Shown here piece by piece: positions 26,053-34,900 of a stretch of DNA of 64,000 nucleotides. The first letter of the stretch is position 1, and the number at the start of each line of letters is the position of its first letter. Both the position numbers and the translations under genes were made by a program. The DNA comes from an uncultured Saprospiraceae bacterium (GTDB lineage Bacteria > Bacteroidota > Bacteroidia > Chitinophagales > Saprospiraceae), in the NCBI GenBank assembly GCA_937942435.1, contig CALDEM010000026.1:3529-67528 (forward strand), in the 5' to 3' direction. The notes beneath the pieces were generated by a model. It was not told the DNA's origin, made no database searches, and worked only from the letters and a program-made list of their open reading frames with translations.

Positions 26053-26859
26053 ATGTCTACGCTCAGTGACCGCCTCTTACAACTTGAAGAAAAGCTGACT
26101 AACGCTTCTCTGCAGATTAGAACTTTAGGTTCTTTTGGTGCTGTAGTTGATGGAGATACTGTCACATCCAAAGCTTGGGGTAGAGATAAGACATTACAGT
26201 TATTTCAGTTTCTAATTACGGCTAGATCGAGAAGTAGTCTGCATAGAGAAAAGATCATCGATCGACTATGGGAAGATGCAGAAAAGGATGAAGGTGATCG
26301 CAACTTTAAGGTAGCACTACACGGCATCAACAAAGCACTCGAACCCAATCGCCCACCACGGACAGATCCAAAGTATATCAACAGACAAGGCATCACATAT
26401 CAACTCAATCAAGAAGAGATGTGGATCGATGCACAGGCGATTGAAGATTATATCGCTATAGCAAATGAAGCTCGCGGTACCGACCATACCACAGCGATCA
26501 GCGCGTATCGATCTGCCTTAGAATGCCACAACGGTCTCTATCTACCTAATCGCATATATGAAGATTGGAGTAGCGAAGAGCGAGAAAGACTCCAAGTATT
26601 GATACTCAGCGCATACATCTCACTTGCAGAGTTGATGCTGGATCAACAACCTTTAGAAACTGTAAGGCTGGCTCAAAAAGCAATCTCGATCGACAGCACT
26701 TGGGAGGATGCCTATCAACTACAGATGAAAGCATACCTCGCACAAGGCAATCGTCCTGCGGCTATAAAGTCATATCAGCAGTGCATCAAAGTACTCGATA
26801 AGGAGTTCGGATTAGATCCACTTCCTGAGACTCAGAAGATCTATGATTCTATAATATAG
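26053..26859 (+). CDS. SARP-like regulator (winged-helix DNA-binding domain plus BTAD domain)
   Basis: LQIRTLGSFGAVVDG...W.RDKTLQLFQFLI...IIDRLWED (OmpR/SARP winged helix), then a TPR-like BTAD region ending QQCIKVLDKEFGLDPLPETQKIY. Confidence 0.7.
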   Translation: MSTLSDRLLQLEEKLTNASLQIRTLGSFGAVVDGDTVTSKAWGRDKTLQLFQFLITARSRSSLHREKIIDRLWEDAEKDEGDRNFKVALHGINKALEPNRPPRTDPKYINRQGITYQLNQEEMWIDAQAIEDYIAIANEARGTDHTTAISAYRSALECHNGLYLPNRIYEDWSSEERERLQVLILSAYISLAELMLDQQPLETVRLAQKAISIDSTWEDAYQLQMKAYLAQGNRPAAIKSYQQCIKVLDKEFGLDPLPETQKIYDSII

Positions 26860-26885
26860 CGTATCGTGTAGCGAGATCAACTCAG

Positions 26886-27608
26886 TTAATCTCTTTTAAT
26901 CCCTAATCCCCTAAGCATAGCTGGATCCATCTCTTTATAATCACCTTTTGGATGTACAAATATGGAAGGATCAACATCTTTGCTGAAGCTTGTTGCTTCA
27001 TAAGTCATCTTCATCAACCCTGCATCTATAGACATAAACAAGGGTGTACCTTGAAATTCTAATCCTTTGAATTCTTTCATTTCAAAATTGTACATCTTGA
27101 TATCATCTGTCAGATAAGCCGTCATCTTAGTCTTTTCCATTCCTTCTTGCATCGAGGGACTATTAGCGAACGCCGACATATCCATGATTATCTCAGCTTT
27201 GTAACAGCTGTGTCCTAAAATTTCTTTGGTATCGGATTTGTCATAAGTCACCTTGAATGCTTCAGCTAACTTATCTAACTCAATCCCATTATGAGTTGTG
27301 TCCTCCATATCGACTGACGTCTTTATTTTTTGTCCCATCATGTCCATATATGAGGTATTCATATTACCCTCGAGGTAATTGCGAGTTATCATATCCATAC
27401 CCATCATTTTCATAGTCATTACAGTTACTTGCTTTTCAGGAGTAAAGTGCATCGACATCTCAGAACCTTTCATCATTTCGACCATTTGCTCGCCTCCGGG
27501 CATAGTGGAACTCACATCAGTTATTTCCATGACTAAGGATCCTGTAGTAATCTGAGCGGTCAAGCCAAATGCTAAAAACAGAATAAATACAGTGTTTAAG
27601 TATTTCAT
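26886..27608 (-). CDS. Secreted Met-rich hypothetical protein
   Basis: Signal peptide, with many Met clusters (MVEMMKGSEMSMH, VMTMKMMGMDMI, YMDMMGQ). Confidence 0.5.
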   Translation of the reverse strand: MKYLNTVFILFLAFGLTAQITTGSLVMEITDVSSTMPGGEQMVEMMKGSEMSMHFTPEKQVTVMTMKMMGMDMITRNYLEGNMNTSYMDMMGQKIKTSVDMEDTTHNGIELDKLAEAFKVTYDKSDTKEILGHSCYKAEIIMDMSAFANSPSMQEGMEKTKMTAYLTDDIKMYNFEMKEFKGLEFQGTPLFMSIDAGLMKMTYEATSFSKDVDPSIFVHPKGDYKEMDPAMLRGLGIKRD

Positions 27609-27742
27609 AGTTGTAGATTTTATAAGATTAAGTTAAACATGGATGATTATGGGTGAGCATCTTTATAGATCAACACTATTATACTTTAGACAAATGACCC
27701 CATAGAAGGTTATAACAATAGCACTTAGAAGTTCTGTATCTG

Positions 27743-27764
27743 ATCTGTAACTCATCTGTAACTC
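27743..27764. repeat. Perfect tandem 11-nt direct repeat (ATCTGTAACTC x2) in the promoter region
   Basis: Read directly. A third degenerate copy (TTCTGTATC) lies immediately upstream. The repeat is 56 nt upstream of the ATG at 27820. Confidence 0.8.
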
Positions 27765-27819
27765 GCTTAATTCATCTTTGTATCATAATTATTAAGAACA
27801 CTTATAAATCATAATATCC

Positions 27820-28542
27820 ATGGCTACAGCAACAGCAACAAAAAGAAGAAAAGCAGCTAAGAAAGTAAATGTAAAGAACACGCTTAACGATCTTAACAGC
27901 GCTCTTATCAACGGTTCAGAAGAACTTATCGACGCAGCAGTAATAACTGGTGAGAAATACCAGAAATTATTTGCTAAAAGCGTAAAAAAATCTACTCCAT
28001 TAGTAGAGAAACAAGTAGATATCGTATTTGAAACGATCGAAAGCTTAAAAGATCAGTTTGACTTCGGTACTGTAAGGTTTAAGAAGTTGATCGGATGGAA
28101 TGACAAAACAATCGCAAAGTTCAGAAAGAACGCTACTAAAAGAGTAGAGACGCTTAAAAAGAACGCTGAGGAAATCATCGATGACGTTCAGACAGAACTC
28201 AATGAGCGTATACCTGCAATCCCAGCACCAACAAAAGCAGTCAAAGAAGTTGAAGTAATAGCTAAAAAGGCTGTTGTAAAAACTAGAAAAGTTGCAGCAA
28301 GAAAGACTAAGGAAGTGGCAAAAACTGCTAAAGCGGTTGTATCTAACACTGATCTTAAAGTAATCGATGGTATCGGACCAAAAATGGAGAAAGTCCTTAA
28401 GGCTGGTGGCATCAAGACTATCAAAGCACTTTCAAGAGCGTCAGCAACTACAGTTGAGAACGCAATAGAAAAGTCAGGAGCTTCACTAAGAGGAGCAAAT
28501 GTTAAGTCTTGGATCTCTCAAGCAAAGAAGATCAACAAGTAA
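27820..28542 (+). CDS. Phasin-like / basic-tract / helix-hairpin-helix protein (hypothetical)
   Basis: Helical, amphipathic N-terminal half. Then a Lys/Ala/Val-rich tract (KKAVVKTRKVAARKTKEVAKTAKAVV). Then a C-terminal HhH motif (IDGIGPKMEKVLKAGGIKTIKAL). Confidence 0.45.
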   Translation: MATATATKRRKAAKKVNVKNTLNDLNSALINGSEELIDAAVITGEKYQKLFAKSVKKSTPLVEKQVDIVFETIESLKDQFDFGTVRFKKLIGWNDKTIAKFRKNATKRVETLKKNAEEIIDDVQTELNERIPAIPAPTKAVKEVEVIAKKAVVKTRKVAARKTKEVAKTAKAVVSNTDLKVIDGIGPKMEKVLKAGGIKTIKALSRASATTVENAIEKSGASLRGANVKSWISQAKKINK

Positions 28543-28579
28543 GACTACTCATTAATTAACAACTTGAAAAAAGAATATC

Positions 28580-28873
28580 ATGGCTAAAAAAGCAAATAGA
28601 ATAAACATCAACGATCAGATCAATAAAGGCATAGCTCAAGTAAAAGAGACTGCCAAAAACACTAACGATTTTGTCTACGAGACTTCAGAAGAAGTAGTTG
28701 ACTTCTCAATCAAAAGAGGAGCAGAATGGCAAAATGTTGCGGATAAGGCAATCAAAGGTGGTCTTAAGTTAGCTGCTAATCAGCAAGATCTAATGTTTGA
28801 TACACTGGAAGTAGTTAAGAAGCAAATTACTAAAAGCGGAAAGCGCTTTTCAGGTCTTTTTAGCAAGAACTAA
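28580..28873 (+). CDS. Small phasin-like helical protein (hypothetical)
   Basis: 97 aa, charged and helical, with no TM segment. Followed by an intrinsic terminator. Confidence 0.4.
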   Translation: MAKKANRININDQINKGIAQVKETAKNTNDFVYETSEEVVDFSIKRGAEWQNVADKAIKGGLKLAANQQDLMFDTLEVVKKQITKSGKRFSGLFSKN

Positions 28874-28896
28874 GATAAAAGACAGGTTAGATTATA

Positions 28897-28930
28897 AACG
28901 GTGGCGCATCTCATGTGTCACCGTTTTTTC
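28897..28930 (+). terminator. Intrinsic terminator
   Basis: AACGGTG-N15-CACCGTT followed by TTTTC. Confidence 0.7.
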
Positions 28931-29173
28931 TATTTGACGAAAGTCAAAATATTAAGTGATAATAAGGGTGTATAGCTGACAAAAGTGTCTTTCAAGTAGA
29001 TGACAATTGAACTTAAATAGGCAACAAGCCATTATTATCATAACAAAACATAGTTAACAAAGGTATTTATAGCTATAAGATTATGTTTGGTTAGCAGTTA
29101 ATTTCTGCTACATTTATATTGCTTAGCGTACATATCTCAGTTTTGTACATATAAGCGAAAAGTTGAACAATCT

Positions 29174-29962
29174 ATGGTAGAAACAGAAGAAATATCTTCT
29201 AGTGAGATAAGCAAACCTTCCTTGTTTTGGTTGGCGACTGAGGGTCATAGAGCACTCTTTGAACTAAGCACATTCCTTCCTTATAAACTCTTCAGAAATA
29301 GCGATAAAAGTGGCGATGGCCATCCTGTTCTCGTATTACCAGGATTTATGGCGACGGACGTCTCAACCGCACCATTGAGGTCATTCTTAAAGAACTTAGG
29401 CTATACGCCATATGGTTGGGGTGCTGGACGTAACTATGCTAATGAAGAGTATCTCGATCTCTTACTCGAACGGGTTGAAGATATATTTCTTACTCATCGA
29501 ACAAAGGTGAGCATCATAGGATGGAGCCTGGGGGGTGTATTTGCCAGAGAAATAGGCAAGCGTAAGGCCAATCTCATCAGACAGATCATCACTTTGGGAT
29601 CTCCATTTGCAGGAGTTAATGAACCCAACAATGCCATGTGGCTGTACGAGCTGTTGACAGATGGTCGAGGTACCGAGGATGTAGACCCCGAGTTGTTAAG
29701 GGGCATACCAGATCCGGCACCAGTCCCGACGACGGCGATATATAGTAAGCAAGATGGCGTTGTGCCTTGGGAGACTTGCATGGAGGCGGTAGAGGATGAG
29801 ATACATCAAAACATACAAGTCAGAGGTAGTCATCTCGGTCTTGGTGTTAATCCAGCTGTACTCGAGATCATAAAAGATCGTCTACAGCTTGATGAGCACA
29901 ATTGGACTCACTTTGAACCTGCTAACAAATTAGAGGACAAGCTCTTTTATCCTTCTTTATAA
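29174..29962 (+). CDS. Alpha/beta hydrolase (lipase/esterase-like)
   Basis: Nucleophile elbow GWSLGG, a candidate acid in SKQDGVVPW, and a candidate His in RGSHLGL. Confidence 0.7.
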   Translation: MVETEEISSSEISKPSLFWLATEGHRALFELSTFLPYKLFRNSDKSGDGHPVLVLPGFMATDVSTAPLRSFLKNLGYTPYGWGAGRNYANEEYLDLLLERVEDIFLTHRTKVSIIGWSLGGVFAREIGKRKANLIRQIITLGSPFAGVNEPNNAMWLYELLTDGRGTEDVDPELLRGIPDPAPVPTTAIYSKQDGVVPWETCMEAVEDEIHQNIQVRGSHLGLGVNPAVLEIIKDRLQLDEHNWTHFEPANKLEDKLFYPSL

Positions 29963-30065
29963 TTATCACAGGAGTTTAGACTTCCTTCATATCAATTACT
30001 ATCTTGATTGTTTTAAGCATGGGCGATTGTCCGCTGCAACAACATCGTAATATCAATAAAAAGAT

Positions 30066-31886
30066 ATGATAGAAAAGTTACTTGATCCATTAGACAATAA
30101 GAATATCACGCCGATAAGTGGGATGGATGCGGCGTTCTTATATGCAGAGACAGATACAAGTCCGATGCACGTAGGAAGCGTTGCTATCATAGAAGGCTCT
30201 TTAGAATTTGATACGTTTAGAAAGGTTTTACTGTCGCGGATCCATCAGATGCCAGCGTTACGCAAGAGATTGATGTTTGTGCCGATGAGCATCGACTACC
30301 CATATTGGGTGGATGATCCAAACTTTAATATAGACCTGCACTTACAGCATGTTGCACTACCTCAACCTGGTGCGTGGAAGCAACTTAGAGCACTTGCTTC
30401 AAGCGTATTTACAGAACCGCTTGACCGGTCGAGGCCCTTATGGTCATTTACCTTTGTTGAAGGGCTTGATGAGATTCCTCAAGTACCTAAAGGATCAGTC
30501 GCGATTATCTCTAAAGTCCATCATGTTGCAATAGATGGGATGGCAGGGGCTGGCATGATGAGTTTGATATTTGACATGTTCCCCAAAGCAAAAGAGATAC
30601 CTACCCCCAAGCCATTCAAACCAAAAAAACTACCAAATGAAATAAACCTTGTTGTCAAGAGTGCCATAGATTTTGCAAAAAATCCTCTTAAACTTCCAAC
30701 AATAGTAGGCAACACAATAGCAGCTTCGGTTAAAACGGGCGTCATCACAAGATCACAGAGCTTAGATCTTCCTACTGCTCCATTTTCTGCTCCTGCTACT
30801 CCACTTAATGGAATCATCTCAGCGCAACGCAAGTGGAACTCTGCCATCCTAGATCTCGCAAGGGTAAAAGCACTTAAGAATGCCATGGGCACCACTCTCA
30901 ATGATGTGATACTCGCGATATGTGCAGGTGCGCTCAGAAAGTATCTCAATGATAAAGATCAACTACCCAAGAAACCTCTGGTCGCTATGGTTCCAGTATC
31001 AACTAGAGCCTCCACCGACACATCTAATAGCGGCAATCAGATATCAGCCATGTTGGTACAGCTACCTACTAACATAGAAGATCCAATAGAGAGGTTAGAA
31101 ACCATCCATGATAACACAACGTTGGGGAAGACATATCAAGGAGCTGCGGGGGCAAAGACGCTTTCTAATCTTGCAGAAGCTGTTCCATTTGGTGTTGCTA
31201 ATCTAGCATCACGCATGTACAGCAGGTTCAACATGTCTAAGATGCACAAGCCCGTTTTCAATGTTGTTATTACAAATGTACCGGGCCCTACAATCCCTAT
31301 CTATCTGCAAGGTCACAAGCTACTCTCTGTGATGGGCACAGCCCCAATCTTAGATGGTATGGGCCTCATCATAACGATACTGAGTTATGATGGCCACATC
31401 ACTATAAGCCCCACATCTGATGTCAAGTCGATGCCTGATATAGATACATTTACTAAGTATATACTTCAATCAGCAAACTACTTGGAGAAGCACGTACTTG
31501 AGCATCAGAAAACTAAAACTGTAAAAAAGAAAAAAATTGAAAAACCCAAGTCTGATAAGCTCTTTAATCATATCAAAAAATACTTAAAGGACAACCCTGA
31601 TTTTCTAAAACCTAATGCTGGCCTATTTCAGATTAATATAACTGGAAAAGCAAAGTCTGCATGGCAATTGAACTTAAACAAACCTCCAGGCACAATTAAA
31701 AAAGGGACTATGAAAAGTCCAGATGTTACTTTAACAGTAAATGATGAACACCTTTATAAAATCGGTACGGGAGAATTAAACTTTCAAACAGCTTTCATAC
31801 AAGGGAGATTAAAAATACAGGGAGATATGAAAACAGGTATGAAGCTGGCAAAGATCTTGTCTCTAATACCTAAGATGAAAGCATAG
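30066..31886 (+). CDS. Wax ester synthase/diacylglycerol acyltransferase (WS/DGAT) fused to a C-terminal SCP2 sterol/lipid-carrier domain
   Basis: Catalytic HHxxxDG motif (KVHHVAIDGMAG, nt 30519-30539), the NDVILA motif, and an SCP2-like C-terminus (ELNFQTAFIQGRLKIQGDMKTGMKLAKIL). Confidence 0.85.
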   Translation: MIEKLLDPLDNKNITPISGMDAAFLYAETDTSPMHVGSVAIIEGSLEFDTFRKVLLSRIHQMPALRKRLMFVPMSIDYPYWVDDPNFNIDLHLQHVALPQPGAWKQLRALASSVFTEPLDRSRPLWSFTFVEGLDEIPQVPKGSVAIISKVHHVAIDGMAGAGMMSLIFDMFPKAKEIPTPKPFKPKKLPNEINLVVKSAIDFAKNPLKLPTIVGNTIAASVKTGVITRSQSLDLPTAPFSAPATPLNGIISAQRKWNSAILDLARVKALKNAMGTTLNDVILAICAGALRKYLNDKDQLPKKPLVAMVPVSTRASTDTSNSGNQISAMLVQLPTNIEDPIERLETIHDNTTLGKTYQGAAGAKTLSNLAEAVPFGVANLASRMYSRFNMSKMHKPVFNVVITNVPGPTIPIYLQGHKLLSVMGTAPILDGMGLIITILSYDGHITISPTSDVKSMPDIDTFTKYILQSANYLEKHVLEHQKTKTVKKKKIEKPKSDKLFNHIKKYLKDNPDFLKPNAGLFQINITGKAKSAWQLNLNKPPGTIKKGTMKSPDVTLTVNDEHLYKIGTGELNFQTAFIQGRLKIQGDMKTGMKLAKILSLIPKMKA

Positions 31887-31967
31887 AGATGTAAATCTGA
31901 ACTTGTTCGGATCATAGTAGTACTTCTTTCTATGGCTATGCAGCCAAACAAGTTTAGCTGCCCTTTA

Positions 31968-34900
31968 CTACTTCGCTTTTGTTTTGGATTTTGGTGCGGG
32001 TAGTTTTTTAACTTCTTGACCAAGCTCTTTTAGATACAGATTTCTTACTGCCTCTATCTTTTTATCCATATTACGTTTTGTCCATCCTTCTGTAGAGATG
32101 GGAGGAAGTATGACTACTTCAACTTGTCCAGGTTGTATCATAGCTGATCCTCTCGCCATAATATCATGAGCGTTCTTAATAACCAAAGGAACAACAGGCA
32201 CACCTGCTTCCATCGCTAAATGAAAGGCACCCTTTTTAAATGAACCCAAATTGTAATCATGGCTTCGTGTTCCCTCAGGAGCTATAGCCACTGAGGTACC
32301 ACTCTTGAGCGTATCAACTGCAGGCTTCATGGCCGCTATAGCTTTGTCTTTGTTCTTGCGGTCTATAAAAATGACACCGGCTGCTTTGAAGAATGGTCCA
32401 ATGGGCGTTTTTTCTAACTCCTTCTTCGCTACCGCAACTACATCTTTTTTCAAAAGTTTAGCTACAATTAGAAAATCAGAGTTGCTCTGATGATTAAACA
32501 GAAAGACTGCTGGGCGCTGAGACCAGATATGCTCTTCTCCTTTAACAACGACATTCATCCCCGCAATCTTAGTACCAATATCGCCTACTGTACCAATCAT
32601 GGAGTTAACACCATCACGCCATGACATAGACGAAGCACCTGAGAGTGCGCCAATCATAGCTGCTGGTATGATACTACCAAAAGCAAGTACCGTTCTTGCT
32701 ATATTAGAAATGACAGGTCGCTTCTCATCATTAAATCTATAGACTGGCCAGTTGTTTTTATAAGCTAATGACGATAGTTCATTGTCAGGGTTAACTGGTC
32801 TTGGATGGCCCACTATCTCCAGTAACGGTAAGTCTTCGGCACTATCTGTATAAAAGTAACTTTTGTCAAGATCAAGATTATGCTTTTCAGCAAGCTCCTT
32901 AGCTGCCATAGACTTGCCTTCTCCCCAGCATGCTGGCTCTATAATGTCTCCTGTGAATTTTCCATTTTTGACTTCCATCCGAGTGCACATGACGTGCTCC
33001 ACTCCGAGATCTCGCGCTATCGGATTCACCTGATAGGGTGTGGCTGCAGAGATGATTGCTACCGTATGTCCCTTAGCAAGATGGGCATCAACGAGTGCTC
33101 TCGACTCCGGAAATATCTCTTTAGCTAGGTGTTTATAATAAACCTCCTCTCCTACCTCTATGAACACTTGTTCATTGGTGCCTTTAACTCCTTTTGCACT
33201 GATCGCAGCAAGTCCAGCAAAGTTTTTGTTACCTATAGCGTACACCATTACACCACTAAACTGCGCAACCACTTCTTTAGTGGACATCTTCCCACTCAGT
33301 AATCTTGATTGGAAAAACTGTTTAGCAGAAAAACCTTTGATCAATGTTCGATCCAAATCAAAGAAAGCGCCAATATGGGCGCCAGACTCTCCCTCCACGA
33401 CCATCGAGGTCATGGCCTCAGTCTTGGATCCGGGTACGAGCTTCTTTTCTATAGGAATAACCTTGGCACCAGTATTTTTTGAAATTATAATTTCTTGTAG
33501 CTCTTGTATGCTTCTTGAGAGGTTTCTTAGTCTTTCTATAAATGCCTCTATTTCTTCTGCTTTATCATTCTCCTCTGTTGGTATCAGATTCAAGTTTTTA
33601 ACTAATCTTATACCATTTAAGATAAGCGGTTTGGATACAGATTCTATCCTATGGATCCTACCTTGCCAATGAAGCTCATCTCCTAAGAACATACAAGCAT
33701 GAAGTAGATTTTGCTTAGTGATCTCAACATCTTTGTCTATAGATTGTAATGCCCTTCCAACAACTTGATATGCTTCTAAGTAAATCGACAAAACTGCCTG
33801 GGCGACTAGGACACCTTGATCAGAAAGTAATCTTGTAACTTCTGATTCTGATCCTTCCAATATTTTACGCCAGTTGGGATTGAGATAATCTAAGTCTTGT
33901 TCTATCTCATCACTAAAAACAGCTTTTTTAGAAAAGAAAAATTCAAATTTGAAAAGATCTCTTAATGACATCATTTCCTCCCAGAACTTTAATGTTCTCT
34001 CTGTTTTGGGAAGACTCCTAACATTGATCAATGCTAACTCTATAAAGGCTCCCCTATACAGGTGATGAGCGGCCATATTAGCATAGTACGTAGCAGATAA
34101 GAAGTTACGTGTTACTATGGCATACTTTGCTTTGACACCTTCTCCAAGTTGTTGGATCAACTCGGCATTTTTCAACAGGTTGACTGCTTGCTGTACAGAA
34201 GAACCTATCTGCTTACCTCTATCGACAAGTATATCTGGCTTATGGTTTTCAATAAGATGCATGAGTGCTACAACATCACGTTCTAACTCTCTCTTTGTCA
34301 GTGCAAACTTGCTGAGCAACGTTGTACAAATCAGAGATGCAGTAGTAACAGGCGTCACTTGGTTGATGCCGTGGATTAACTCAAATGCGAAATGAGGAAG
34401 CTTATACTTTACATCAGGGTTATTGTCTTCGTCATCCGGTATTTGCGCTTGACGCTCATCGTTCATCTTGATCGGGTCACCGAAACGGATAGATATCTTC
34501 CCAAAGTTATCTCCCATCTTTCTGATGTAGTTTAAAAACCATAGTAAGTTCTCCGGTTTCTTATCCTTACCACGACCCTCACTTGTCATGTCCTCTACAT
34601 CAGGTATGAGATCATAGACCACAGAAACTGGGACATACTTTACTTCATCTTTTGATTGCTTTTCTGCCTCCACTATATACTTCAATATGCCCATCTTAGG
34701 CCATACCAACTTACCGGTGCGAGATCGAGTACCTTCTATCGCCCACATAAAGTGTGCTTTCTCATTAACTCGAGAAGAGATAAAATGTCTCAGCGCTGCT
34801 TTATAGATAACATTGTCTTTGAAAGATCTTCTGATAAATATAACTCCCGCTTTACGGCCTATGTCTCCAACACCTAAAAAGGCCATATTGATACCTGCGA

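Noticed and set aside
33160-33672. 170-aa plus-strand ORF (and other 60-140-aa antisense ORFs inside large genes, e.g. 43408-43887, 30521-30949, 19060-19473, 17111-17452)
   Set aside because: All are embedded antisense in genes with strong motif support. None has a recognisable domain. This is typical shadow-ORF behaviour.
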